Source of the DNA: Raillietiella orientalis
Lineage: Eukaryota
Assembly: GCA_036172245.1 (NCBI GenBank)
Contig: JAYWIR010000023.1
Coordinates: forward strand, 372,001 to 436,000
Direction of reading: 5' to 3'
DNA: 64,000 nucleotides
A program made the position numbers and the translations under genes. The first letter of the stretch is position 1; the number at the start of each line of letters is the position of its first letter. Below the pieces are notes generated by a model. That model was given only the letters and a program-made list of their open reading frames with translations. It made no database searches and was not told the DNA's origin. Of this stretch, positions 28,701-42,761 are shown piece by piece.

Positions 28701-31700
28701 CATTATGATCAATAAAAACAGTAGGATGCCCTGTCAAATTTAATGCACGGCTTCGAATCTGCACTGCATTCATTCACACATGATGGATACGGGTGAGTGT
28801 AACAAGCTTGCGTACCTTCTATTCCTCACTGTAATGAATTATTTTACAGATATCGCATATTCTAAGCATTCAACTTAATAATCTGCAAAGGCATTGATCG
28901 TAAACTAGAACAAGCAGAAAGGGAACAGGAATCGAGTCGATCACACAGTGAATTACTGAAAGAGCTGCCCTATTTTCCTCGATGCTGCTCTGTTTTCTTG
29001 CATTCAGTAAGAAAGCGCAGTTGGGCTGAATTCCCAGAGCGCATAAACAGTCAACAACCAGCAAAATAAACTTGACACATTTTTTTTTTTCTCTCTCTCC
29101 TTCTCTTTAAACGTTCCAGGAAAAACGCACGGGAGCTATTGAGGCTGCACAGGCACGACACTTTAAATCGCAGGTCTCCTCCGACTGGATGCAACCGTAA
29201 AGCACGGTTGCCTGGGGTTTACTTTCTCCCGGAAAACCGAAATGAAAACCAAGGGTATTACAGGGGTACTCCAACACGGATGTGCGTCCCCGGATAAAAG
29301 CAGCGAACGCGCGCAACCATATCCCCGAAGAACAGCTTCCCGAACTCAGCAATGGGTAACACCGGGTTTTCAAACTGTGGGCACTCCACGCCTGCGGCGG
29401 TCACGTCCCGTTTGGAAGAATCGCCCAAGACTTTGCGCACCCATGCGGCAGTCGCAACTGCAGCAGCAACGCTGCCAGACGTGCAGTTATAATCCTTCTA
29501 CTGCACAAGATGACCACTTGGATTCCTGTCCACCGGATCGGATGGATGCTAAGAGGAGCAAAGAGGGCAAACGGCAATCAACTTGTACACAAATAAATGG
29601 GGGAAAGTACTCCTTGCGCCCCACTTTGCGTGCACTTCTGATGAAGGGAGCAGAGGATACCCAAGCAGCACGGCGTGCAAACAAACGCGATTCCGAACAT
29701 CCTTTTTTCCCGATCCCAAACCCTCTCTTTCCGCCGTGATGAATCACAGCCGCAAATCGCAAGGGCGGATGTGGCGCCTTGTTTTTCGGCTGCTGAAAGC
29801 ATGTCGGTACATTTCGTGGAAGGCGCGGGAGGAAATTTTCTTCTAGAAATGTAAGAGTTCGAGCGAGCTCTGATGTAAAAAGAAAATCTCATTCCCATTA
29901 AAAAAAAAAAAAAAAAAACGGCCACGAGAATCGTGCATGAGAAAAGTGAGGCTTCTTAAATCTCATTGCCTCCACTTTTTTTTTTTTTTTTTTTCCTCCT
30001 CTTTTTCCAGTGCTTCCTGCAAACTTGTACGGACACTTTTCATACTGACCTGATTCAATCTCACAGTCAAATTCCTCTGCTTAATTCTTTTTGCAGTGAA
30101 CCTTCCGGTTAGCTCTGCACTTCTGCGCTACTTCCCATCGATTCCTTTGGTATTTGAGGAATTCCTAACCCTACAACCCACTCTCGCAGTTGCAGAAAAT
30201 CTCTGCGTCACGCTTCACAGCGATGCGTTTCCCACGCTTCCTTGTCCATTTCTTCTATTCTCCCTCTCTATTCTAGTTCTAGTGGTGGTAGCACAAACCG
30301 GACAACAACATTGGCGGGACGTGTGAAGCTCCAAGAACCCACATTTGCCTTTTACTTTAGAGTTTTGTTATCTTATGCGCGGTCTGTGCTTGCAGATTCC
30401 TTTCGGTCGATCTGGGCTCAGCTGCTTCAACTTTTATTGCCTGCTAACGCATTCTGCCCCATCTTATTGCCTGGTTTGCCACGACTCAGGCAGCAAAACA
30501 AGGCGTTAAATACAGGAAACTCCAACCACGTGGGTCGTCGATGTTTCAAAATCGACGTATGCAAAAGATGCGACTTTGAAAAGGCAAAAAGAGTGGGCGC
30601 CAAGTTCAATCGGCTTACGCATCCTTGTCCACTTGGTAGAAAGACGACTTAGAAATGCAAAAAAAAAAAAAAAGGGGGGGGGGGGGAAAAGGCCGACCAC
30701 GGGATGCTCAAAATCTGAAAGAACAGATTTTCACAGCTGAGTGGCAAAAAAATAAAGAAGACTAAAGTCACGTTCAGACATAAGCTCGCAAAGAATTTTT
30801 CTTGGTGCGGTTTTCACAATTGCGTTTACTTTACGTTCAGGCACTCTGCCATCTTAACCTTTAAAATAAAGTTCAAAAAACATACACTTACTAGAGCAAT
30901 GGAGTTTTACTTCCCTATGAAGCCTATCGTTTCTTCTCCCGGGATTCGAGAGACCACCACCACCCACCTACGCTGTCACGGTTACCGCGAAACGCACCCA
31001 CAGGCAGACCCAATCTGCACCGCCTCGCTATTGTATGATGCAATGGATTTATGCTGGTACATGTCGACAGATTCGAATTCTCGGAACCACTGCAAATGCA
31101 GTTATTCAAACTTGAAGTTTTTTTGAATGCCTTGAAATCAAAGCTCCGGGTAAAGAGATCAACTGAGATTTGACACTAACATGTTTATAGGGTTCGGCTT
31201 ACATTCAAGCATTTCTTAAAGCAAACAATCATTTCTTCCTATGGAATAGTATTCCATCATTTAGCGGCTCTACGGCTTAATATTGAAAGACCATCGCGCA
31301 CAGAAAGTGAATTGTGATATCCATTCATTGATTTCCGTATTGATTGCCTTCTGTTTTCGACCTTCGTTTGTTGCTTATGATGTAATTTCGTTTGGATCTT
31401 AGAACTGCAATATAATGGAAAATATTTTATGATCTTGGATCTGTAAATATTATGTACACAGGAGAATCTCCACTAGCCTTCAAAATGCTCCTTAAGACTG
31501 ATTCGCATCTGACTTGACATCAAAGACTTTGAAAATGTCCAATAAAGTTGGAGATTTTTCGATCAAATCAACAACTGCCATAACAAGGAAAGCTGATTTA
31601 TTGTTCTGTTCACAATGAAAACACATGCAATATACGCATGCTGATGAAAGCCCCGTAAGTTATTGGCAAATCTTGTAAAGGTGGTATGATTCTTTCCACT

Positions 31701-32329
31701 TTCTGGGAATTATTGGATTCAGAACTTAAACACTTGCATTTATCTGCCTTCAACAGTGCTTAAAGGTACTTTAGAAAAAAAATGAAAACAAAAAATAAAA
31801 AAACATGAAACCGAAAACCATTTAGTATGCCAATAGACCTGTTACAAAAATAGAATGTAATGTTGGTTGATCTCAAATGAATTACAAATTAACAAAAATG
31901 TTCCTTCATACCTGAAGCAAACCATGCCACCTACCCATAGTGCAAATAAAATATTTTGGGAAAGAAAACTGCTACACCAGTTTATAACTCCATACAACTC
32001 AGAGTATTAGATTATTTAAAGTATTGCAATCCAGATTATTTCAACCGGGATCTATAGAACATGAAACTTCTATATCAATATAATATGTAAACTTGAACTT
32101 GATGCACATTTTCACCTTATGAATGAGAAGCTTAAAGTTGGGTGCAATTCCAAGATGAGAAACACATTCATAATACCCTAATCTGATTCCGTTCTAAACA
32201 ATAGGGTAGAATTTTCATTTCCTTGGTAACTGTATGTTGCAGAACTCATCATTTACCAAAATTTTCTGCCACTACTTCTTTTCTTTTTCAAGAAACTGTA
32301 GTCCCATACTTCAACTCTAATCTATAATA

Positions 32330-32905
32330 ATGGCAAGTAAGAAAAAGGCAGCAAAAGATACCAAAAAACCAAAGGCAGAAAAAGAAGCAGTTAAAGAAGT
32401 AGAAAAAGAAACCAAGCCAGCAACCAAGCCAAGTCCACCAAAGGAAGATGAGGTTGCACCTCCAGAAGATGAGAAACCCCCAGCACAAGAGGGTGACACC
32501 ACCAAAACAGTGTTGGGTGTTCTACTGTTGATTCTTCTTGGAGGCCTTGCCTACTTACTGTATAAAAGGGGAAAATCTAAAACAGGTGATCCAAACCTAC
32601 GTGCTCAGATACGAATTCTCAAAAGACAAAAACGGGATTTAGAATGTCAGCTTATCTTGGAACAGGATGAAAAACGACGATTTCTGCAAGAATTGCGTGA
32701 CAATGAAGAAAAACTACGTGCTTACGAGGAAAGGCTCAAGGCTACTGAAGCACTTGCAAATCAGTTACGGAGACAATTTTCCGATACTTCTTGTACTACA
32801 GTATCCCAAAGTGCTGCTCAGTGTTGTCATATAGAAGATTTAGACTCATGCAATGATCTGATAGATGCAAAGCATAGACAAGTAGCAAAAGCCCATTACT
32901 GTTAA
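32330..32905 (+). CDS. Uncharacterised single-pass membrane protein with coiled coil (191 aa)
   Basis: Single ORF in an AT-rich background. Lys/Glu/Pro-rich N-terminus, hydrophobic helix VLGVLLLILLGGLAYLLY followed by KRGK, heptad-like charged segment, Cys-containing tail. Confidence 0.75.
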   Translation: MASKKKAAKDTKKPKAEKEAVKEVEKETKPATKPSPPKEDEVAPPEDEKPPAQEGDTTKTVLGVLLLILLGGLAYLLYKRGKSKTGDPNLRAQIRILKRQKRDLECQLILEQDEKRRFLQELRDNEEKLRAYEERLKATEALANQLRRQFSDTSCTTVSQSAAQCCHIEDLDSCNDLIDAKHRQVAKAHYC

Positions 32906-34649
32906 TTGTTTAACTTATGTGATGACCTTCGGAAGGGTTTTCTAAGATATGCCCACAGTAGATTATGGGATGTGATGCCTTTTCTTTTCTCGTTTCATAA
33001 TGAAAACAATGCCTTATCCTCCAAGAATGATTTTGGGAATGCCAAATCCCCTAAGCTAAGAAAAACATTGTTTATTCTTAGAAGGATCCATTCCTAATAG
33101 TTTACTCATCTGATACTAAGTGAAATTAACACTTACATTAAGGAAGGCCCACTTGATGGATGTAAACAAAATGTGCTCAAATACATTGGTTTCTACGTCA
33201 ACCTGTTATTAACGATTCTGTTCGTAGAATTAGTTCGTAGGAAGAATCACACAATGAAGCACTTATTTGTGATTACAATATGGAAACAACCGTTTGATCT
33301 TCCCGTTTTGCCAATAAGCATTACCCCGCCTATCCGCCTCACAAAAACAAAATACTGGACAAATGAATAGAATTCCGATTTGGCGATTGCATTCAATATC
33401 AGGAAAATGCGGAAAATGCCATAATAACCACGATCTTACCGGGTTCTGTAAGCTTCTAATACCATCCATCAGAAAACAAGTTAAAAATCAATGCCTTTTC
33501 GAAATTCTGCAATGCCTTCACTACACATTCTTGTTCGTTTGATGCATCGACTATTTATAAAAGAGCATTCTAATAATACCGCATTAAATGCATTCCAGGT
33601 GCTTCGTGCACGCAAAATTTTATTTCGTTGACTTTCAGTATTTCTTTCCTTTGTGTTTGATTCATGTGTGTGAATCAGGAAGCTGTGTCAAGTGCCCTAT
33701 GTGCCTTCCCTGAATGGGACTGTGGTGTGAATTGACAGAATCTCAGCAAATCCGATTAGGTCGTGGCTGAAATTTCTACTGGAGGTGAACGGTAGAGTGT
33801 CATCATGCACTGAACTTTCAGCAAGGAGGCTGAATCTTGCTCGGGATTCCTTCATGCTTCTGTTTTTTTTTTTTTTTTTTTTTTTCCCGTACATGGTTCG
33901 CCACTTTTCAATTAGATTTCCTCAATATCTAATAGCTGCTCTTTTTATTTAGTGAGCCAATCTTTTGGCAAGTTCTAGATAAGGTTCTACGGCAACACCT
34001 GTGCACGTGTGCGATGCACGCAGATACAATCTCACAAACGTACACGTTTACAACATTTTGGAATTGGACCATTCCAAATCAGAAAGGAGGAAAGAAGAAA
34101 ATCTAAGGATGCCCTGATCTCACGCTTATTTTTTTGACCTTGAAAGATCGAAAGAAAGACACACACACACACACACATTCTAAGAACACACTCCCAGAAT
34201 GAATGCCTCGTTGATTTTGTGCTCCATTAGAACTTCGTAAGTCAGCATCCATGAAAGGAAGAAAACTGACGAGAGCACATCGTCCGAGAACTTTTTTTTT
34301 AGCTTGCATTTTATTTTGATATGCATGACATCCCCATCTATACTGAAGCAGGATCACAAGCAATTTCACGAAACTACTTGTACAGAATCTATGCATACAG
34401 CATCATTTGATATTCTATAATTCCTGAAAATGGACTTTTGGTTTATATAAGTGAGTAAGAACTACTGATATCAATCCTAGTTTAAAATAAAAAACTTTGT
34501 TTTGTGAATCAAGTATTAATCGTTGTCTCTTTTTTATTAAAAACTCAAGTAAATTACTGAAAGGCTCTCCCCTTTAGAACCAAACATTAATCCTTAATAC
34601 ACATATAAAGGAATTTTTCAAATTCTCTAACCATAACGCTGCAACATAC

Positions 34650-36500
34650 ATACAAAAGCAGCCTCCAGCGTTTATATATGTATATATTGGTTGAATATAA
34701 CCAAAATCCCATTAGAAAAATGCTATCTTGGTACCTACTAATTTACTACCAATATAAAATATCCAACTGTTGATCAGCCTTCAAGAAACGATCAAAATGC
34801 AGATGAGGAAAGGAAAGAAAGCATTCCCTAACCCATACTCCACATTATGTTCTGCAACCAATCTGACTCACCTTCAGAATAACCTCAGATAATCGAAATA
34901 ACCTTTACTGGACACATTATAATTCCCATTAGTACCATTCAGAGACTAAAGATTACCTCATCTCCCAAGGTCCTATTCTACTCCCAGTCCCGTATTCAAC
35001 ACAAGAAAAATCCGGAGCTCTAAGAGGCTCCCACATAACGACATTTCTAACACACCAACATCAACACGAAATTCTTCTCTGCTTTCAGAAATTGACAGAT
35101 AATTAATGAAACCATCCTAGCAATTCTTTTTAGATAAATTACACATCCTTTCCATCACTTTCTAGTCAACCAGACTCAATTTGCATCGAGTTTTTTTTTT
35201 TACTATTCAACCATTCCTGGTGCAACTGGCATTCATAATGTATCAGTTCGTAATTCTTAAACTTTAATCTTTAACCATAGAATGAATTTATCCCGTTCTT
35301 CTTCCAATACATTTTGCTCAAAATTTTTCTCTCGGCTTATGTCGCATTGTACAACCCGACAGTCCTTGGATAATCATCAACACATTTTACAATTTGGGGT
35401 CGAAAAATTATCTTAATTATCTCTCTCTCTCTCTCTCTCGATATCTTCACATTTTTCTTCTTCTCCAGATCACAACGCTACAAGTTTTTTTGGTAATCAT
35501 GAAAATCCTTTCTTTATTATCCGTCCCCAAACCACATTTTTCCCGCTCATTTGACCACTCCCATATGTTCCACAGGAGGTAGTTCTGAAGCGCTTTTTCG
35601 TTACTGAAATCAACGCTTTCCTGATCAAAGCAGCGGATTTATCATCTCAAAATAAAAGTCTTAGCCAACGCAATCTTCCATTCATGCTATCAGTTAAATA
35701 GCTGACCTTAAAATGCTGTCTTCATCGAGATATCCCATTGGGTTCCCACTGATTAGCCGTCTGCCAACCACAGGAATTCCTTAACCCATTTTTTAAACGA
35801 ACTTTCTCCAAATTCTCATCATGAACTTACTATCATAATCTTCCTACGTCCTTGCTCTCATTTATTAAAAGATGATTTCACAAAACTTATTATTAGCCAC
35901 ACTTTATAGACATGATAGTTTTAAAACTTTTATTTTGGTTTTTAAGCTTATCCTTTTGACTTGACATAAAATAACAACTCTATTATTCCTCTCCTGCTCT
36001 CTGCTCTCATCTTTCTTATCTTTTCCCCTCCACACAAGAGCTATGTTCACTCTTAATTGATGGAAAAGCCACATGATTATTACTATCGAACCACATTATT
36101 ACATCGTCTACTCGATAAAATTCGTTACATTCGTAGTTGCACCAAAAATTATACTCACCCCTTACTTTACTCCCTTCTGAGAAGTATCCACGGTTCCAAT
36201 TTCTTCCTCAAAGCATTAAATTTATCAGAGCTTCTCCAGTTCTCGCTTTTATCTAAATGAATGACGATGACATGTCTATCTCTTTTTATCGTAATGATAT
36301 CCCTATCTCTTTTTATCTTTTAAAGAATACCAACCCTTAATTAAAAAACGGTTAGTCTATAAACTTCACATCTCTTCCCATGATCATTATGTCTTCAATG
36401 TATTGCTTATTTTGCTTGCCTCTTTAGGATACCTCCCATCATAAACCACCGTCACTCTATTGCTCGTTGCCATAGGTATCTGACACTCGATTTTCAATTA
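34650..36500 (-). mobile_element. Probable old LINE remnant
   Basis: Purine-rich minus strand with only faint endonuclease/RT-like fragments; no intact motif. Confidence 0.25.
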
Positions 36501-38299
36501 CCCACATCAATTTTCCAGTGAAGGCAAATTATCAATGAACTCGAATTCCATCATCCTAAGAATACGGATTGCTGCAAATTTCCATAGAATTTTGGCTCCA
36601 CCGATCGCTAGTGATAGATCGAACATCGATGAAAATGAACACTGTGACAATGACGGCCCATTCCTCTTCCTGTTATTTTGTATACAAGTTACCCGGTTCA
36701 TGTCTGTCCCATCCTTTTCAGCAGTCCAATTTGCATCACTATGCACAAGTCTGGCATTAAATCAAGCTACCCACATGCAAATTAAAAACGACAAGTCTTA
36801 TGAACACCAGATTTGCCAACACCAGCCATGAGAACATCGGTATGCGCTATTGTATCCCCCGAATGTGACCTGGTATCCTGAAAAGGCCTCCCAAGTTATC
36901 GATCTTTTCTAACCTATTGGACCCAATACGCTAATTACGAAAAATGGGATTCATGATATTGCTGTCACATCCCACAGCCTGTTTTCTTCTTCCTATTCAT
37001 ACCTGTCATAATAGAAGGATTTGGGAACTCGCAAGGTTCCCTATTATAGCAGCATAATACGGAGCCGGGTAAAAGGATTCTTCCTTTCACCCGAATCCTT
37101 TCAACTGTACTCCGCTCCAAAGGACTGGGGTCGCTCGGATGGGATTTAGAAAGATGCTCCTCTGTCCCTCTAAACCAGCCATGGGGGTGGCCTCGGCGGA
37201 CTCTTTTCGGAAATGTGGCGAGTCTCAGTCCGCTTAGGAGATTTACAACTCGCACATCGAATGTCAACTTCTTAACTTTGGAGTTCATAATAGCCGTGGG
37301 CTCTTCATTTTTCCTTGCCGTCGGATTCGGCCGGTGCAACTGTTAAGTGAGTTGTTTCCCTCAACTTCTTAGGGGTATAGATGGTCTCTGAGGAAAATGA
37401 CCGGAAGCAAAAGACCGATGAGTTTCTCCAAAGAACGATTGCATTTACGAGGCAGGGAACAAAACGATAATGAAACTCTAAGAAAGCATTAGTGATTGAT
37501 TTCTGAATGAAATCAAATTTTCCGATTCTTTTCTCCTTGTTATTAGCAATTTGCTTTTCTCATGTGGATTCAGCATATTCTTTTTGGTGGTCGTAAAAGC
37601 AAGCAAAATCAATCGTATGTTTATCAAATATGCTCATGGCTGTAAGCATCCTTCACCGCAATGTGCACTCCAATAGAAAAATTAAGTGAAGTCAACTTGA
37701 TACCAATTAGAAATAATAGAAACTAAATTTCTAAACCTTCCATCTCCATAAATTGATTATTCACCAGTATGACTGATTAGAAATGTTCATGAAGGTGATT
37801 TATGTGTCTGCTTCCTTTGTGCAGATTTGTTTATAGTTGAATCGGAATCAGTAAGTGGGGAGTTGGCTGTAAAGATTTTCATCTGCAAGCCTACAACTGT
37901 TTTTATATTCCACAATTATCATTTTTTTCGAACAACTGTTCTCCCAGATACAAATGATGGGCCTTAAAGCACACATTGAGGCATCTTGTTTTCATAAAAG
38001 TATCTATGGAAACGCAATGTTATAGAATTAATTGAGTGGAAGTGAACTGAACTGAGTCCAAAGAGTCCAAATTGAAATATCAACTCAGCAAATACTTGAA
38101 GGAATTACTCCTGCCTGTATTGAGTGGAGAAGAAAAGAACTGCTTTTCCATCCTAATTTAATGAACTACCCCGAACTTGTTTTCGCATCATTTTTTTTTT
38201 TGTTTTTTCGACATTCTCGCTGCTCTTTCTTGATCGATGTCATACCAGACATCGAGTGCGAAAAACCTGTGCAGCCAAATGCCATCAAGCCGTTGTTAA

Positions 38300-41200
38300 G
38301 AAGCTGGGCTTTCCCACCATTTTCAAGTTATCTTTGCGAGGCAGTGATATTAAAACGGGGCGATCTGATCAACAGCCTAGGACTCCGAAGTTGGAAGCCC
38401 ATTTCCGTTTTTTCTCTAGGATCTGATCGATAGTGAGACCTATGAGAAATCCCAGATCACAAAACCGATCCTTCTTTCTCTCTTCAGGAACCGAAGTACC
38501 TTCCATATCCCCAAACTTCATCTCTTCTTCGAGTGTTCAGAAACCCTCTAGCATTTTACCTCTTACGAAGCCACCCAGCATGGAAACAGTGCAGCAGATA
38601 ATCGCATTCTGAATCTGCTTCAGATTTAAGTTCCATAAATTGCCGGCAGGCAATTATCTAAGGAAATTTACACATCCACTACCACAGACATTTCTGCAAT
38701 TATGGTTAAGTACGGTCCACAGAGATGTTCTTGATGTATGATGCCGAGGGAAGGAGAGGTGGAACACTGAATTTTCCAGCTTTAGATCTCTAAATTTCAA
38801 TCTGCCTTCTAGAGATGCTAGTACCACTACTACTCTGTTTACCTAACTGTTGAGGGTTCCTTCAGCAGTTGGAAACAACCAGACTCTCCGGTGATCGCAG
38901 CCGACCTGCGCAAAGAGTTCGAGTGCATAAGCTTGGAGCTCCTTGAGCATCTGGCCCTTTGCTGACGTGTCTGTGCTTGTTCCGGAGCGCTAACGAACAG
39001 CTTCAGAGGTCGACACGTGTATGGTGAGCCAGCATGAAGGGTCATCAGACAAGGGGACTACCTGAGTCGCATTCTGTTCAGCCCCTACTTTGATTTGGGG
39101 CTGAATCCACATGGTCAACTTCCGCGCTGAAGAGGCCTGGTCAGGCTGCCTTCAGAAGTCTTTTCATGGGATCCTCTGGAACGTTTATCATGAGAAGTAG
39201 ACCTGGAAAAGGGACAGAGCTCCTACGCAAAACTAGAGAAAACCAAAAAAGGCAAAAAAAAGTTCATCAATGAGGAATCCCCAGCTCGCAGGTCAGCTGT
39301 AAGCAATGCCCGTGACAATGGCTAGGAAAAAAAATAAATGAAATAAAATAAAATAAATCTGAAGGGAAGGAAAAAGGAACACTTGATTAGGCTGTTGTTC
39401 TCAACCTAATCCACCCCAACATGATGGAAATGTTCTTCGAGGCTTCTTTGTAAAGTCAATGCCATATCTCATCCTTCGCCAACGAAGAGGCAATCTGGAT
39501 GTCATTGCTGGCACACTTGCGGTGAGTAGTCGGCAGTCACGATTTTGTGGATACAACACCATTTTGCGATCACGATGGCAAAAGAGAGCTGATCTTGCAT
39601 GGAAGGCCGACACATCAACCGTGAGTGCGTGAATGTTTTACCGTGGGTGTTCTGATGCCAGAAGCGCTGACGCCAGACGCTTTCGTAAACAGCACAAGAC
39701 ATTTCAGCCCAGTGGGAGCTCCACAGAAAAGTTCCATCTGGAACGGCTGTGCAACTTTTCATTGAAAGGGCAGACCTCAGTGCAATAAGAGCACTGCGCC
39801 GTGTTACCACTTGAGGGGATGTACAGAAGTGCCTGCACACAAGAGCAGGTGCAAGTTCCTTTAGAGCCCACGTTGAAAGTTCTGCACAGCGAAGCGTCTC
39901 TTAGCTGCACTAAGTGACCTTGTTGGTCAGCTCCACAGCTCTACCTCCTCAGCCTCTTCTCTTCTGCAATTGGAAATTGTGAATAATCTCTCCTAGCATT
40001 GCGTATACTCTCTCCATGAATTTTTCCGTGGACATTGATGTTTTGTTGATGAAGACGATAACTCGCCAGTGTCATTGGAATAATCCCATAGAAAAGATAG
40101 CGCTGTTGCAAAATGTGCAGAGGCTGCATGAATCCAGTTCCACGCTTCTGCTACCATCTGTTGAAGAGCGGCTCTTCCAAAGAGATAGACTGGACGGTAT
40201 GCTTCCGAGCTGGAGATCATCAGGAGCTCCCGGATGCCCACGGACTCCTACCTCCAGGCACGCGAGTTCGCGGGATGGCAGAAAATTCGATAGTCGGAAG
40301 CCAGCAGGTAGGCACGCTGCTTTAACGGAAACTCCAAGGGCTCCAGCAACTTCCGGTTGATCTTCAAGAAGAAAAGAAGTTCCTCTTAACCGGCCACCTG
40401 CCATAGATGAACAAACACAGAGCCTTCTCTCTGTCCTCTGAAGACAACGAGACCGCCCTTCTGCAAGCGGAAGTCGACCACGAACGTTGGGATCTGCCCC
40501 GTGCTCACACGAGGCAGATCCAATCCGGATGCCCTTCCTACAGCGCTTCCACGGAACATCTGTGCCCTTCTCCCTGTTGATGCTCTCTCCCAGGCGGATC
40601 AACTCTGGAAAAACTGGGAATACTGGGAGAACAAATGTTCGATCAAAGTATATATAGTAGTCTCACGTCGAAGGGTTGGTATCGGAACAGACGTTTTCCT
40701 GAGCACCACATCCTCTGGAGTTTGTTGTGCTGTGGGGGGCTGCTGACCAACTTCAGTGTAACCGCGGAAGGAAGAAACAACTCGGCTTCCCGTCACTTCC
40801 TCTCTGAAGCAGCATTGTCGGATGTCCTACGGTCCCAGAAATAACAAAACGCGGATGCAGGAAGTCAAAGATCCGTAGATACCTGAGCATGGATATCCGA
40901 GGTCTGCACGCATCTACATCCCGTTCGTCACCCAGCAGTTCCCTGCGGAGGCACTGCGAGAGACGAGGAATTGTATTCGCACATTTACAACAACGTTAGC
41001 CGTAGTGCTGTCTTCTCTAAAGGAAAGCGATGACAGTAGCCGACAACCAAATTGGGAGACTTCCTTTTCTTCATAGCGCTACTGTCGTCGCAAGAATTCC
41101 AACCTGCAGGGCACATCAAAATGTCGCGAACGGAATTTCCTGCAGTCTCTACGCTCTTGCTCTCTTTCCCTTGTTAGTTCCTAATCTTCTTAGTGTCGCT

Positions 41201-41800
41201 TATTTCATGGGTTCATTGTATGCTTCCCCTTGCACTCTGGAAACTTTGCATTTGCAACGGGAGTTCCCATCCAACAAAAGACAGTGAACAGTGAACCATC
41301 AGTGAACACGTTGGAAAACATTTCCCGAACCTTCTAAGGTGAGCAGGGATGAAACGATACTGCAACTCTTGCCAGTGGAAAATGCTAGCTGCAGCTCTCT
41401 CGCACAACTGATACACCATTGAAGACGTTGTTTCCAAAGGCTCTTGACAACTGTGATAATCGCGTTTCTGTGCTTCCACCTACCATGCAGTGTCATGTTG
41501 GCATACCGGACTCAGGAACAAGTACCAGGAGGAGATAGAGACGATACTTCTTGCGCCGTCCATGGTGCTCGAGCAGCCGCTGTCGCCACACCCACGGCGG
41601 TCAGGGAAGGCATCATGGTCGTAGTAGAACACCGAAGGGAAGGAAGACACTTGGCTCCATCTCCTGACTCTCTATCGCTTGGAATCTATCCACGTCGTTT
41701 ACTTATTTTTTGTCAGCCTCCTCTTTGTATAATTAATTGGCGTTCCGAGTGGAACCTTGCATAAATCCTTTGTCTGGCTCCACTCGCTGCAGGAAGAAGC
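38300..41800 (-). mobile_element. Probable decayed LINE (ORF1 zinc-knuckle and RT remnants)
   Basis: FIPAHLRRFGKCF.. and further Cys/His remnants near 41230-41360 resemble ORF1 knuckles; AYRPVYL (~40180-40200) resembles RT YRPISL. Boundaries approximate. Confidence 0.4.
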
Positions 41801-42399
41801 TCACTACCTTGCTTGTTGTGCACTTAAAGTCTTCTCCATAAAGGTTTCTCCGGGATGGGGTTACGCATCATTTATTGGGCTCCAGTTATGGCCACACCAG
41901 GTTTTCACATGGTAGGTTGCATTTCATTGCATGTTAGCTTTGTTTCCTTGAATAGATCTTCGCCCTTGACAGTACACTGGATCGGAATTCTCAAACTTAA
42001 TCCTGAAAATCATCCCTTTCTCTGTTCAGTTCCATAATAAACTTTGCCTTGGCTACGTGAACAGAAAAGTGGTCTACCGTTTCCATTCACATACCGAGGA
42101 TCTGATTACTTCTCGGACTACCGAACCCAGGGATACTCTCGCAAGAGGAAGAACTAGGGAGGAGTGGAGGGAGAGGTGAGGGACCATGGATAAATAAGTC
42201 AATAGGGAATGGGATAAAGCGACCTCACGGTCCTCGACTTGATTCCCGGGGACCAGCGTTGGACGGAAGAAGAGTTAGTCTCCCCACAGCGTTCGAAGGT
42301 TCCCATGCACCTCACTTTCCAGATTGGACCATTCCATCAACCTCCGCATGTAGGCGATGGCAATTGTAAATGACGGGATCTTGGCCACACTCTTCCTCC

Positions 42400-42761
42400 G
42401 TTTCAATATTTACCGTCGCTCGTACGTGACAAAACACCGACAACGAGGAAACCGATAAGCCTAAAGACTAGAACATTCTCGAAACCGGTCTTCTGGGGAG
42501 AAATCATGGAACTGATGTTCATCGGGGACGTGCTATCATCCATGAAGTAGCCTTCCGCATTCCAGAAGTACGTTTGGGGGTTTTCAATCATCCTGCAGAG
42601 GGGACATTTCTTGGGCACCTTCCCCTCTGAGACGACGTGACATTCCTCGGAGTGACCAGATGTAAACAAACTGCCCCTGGTGTGATCCATTTCCTTCACA
42701 GGCGTTTTACCAATACCTCTCAGGAGCTAATAGCATATCCGTACTTAACAAAACTCCAACT
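42400..42761 (-). mobile_element. 3' end of a LINE ORF2 (C-terminal zinc finger), interrupted by the hAT element
   Basis: LFTSGH..VPKKCPLCRMIENPQTYFWNAEGY matches the LINE C-terminal CxxC..E..HF..C..Y pattern. Confidence 0.4.

Noticed and set aside
21515..30700. Many 60-257 aa ORFs on both strands
   Set aside because: Expected in GC-rich intronic or upstream DNA; Arg/Ser/Pro-rich with no domains, many antisense to NT5C2.
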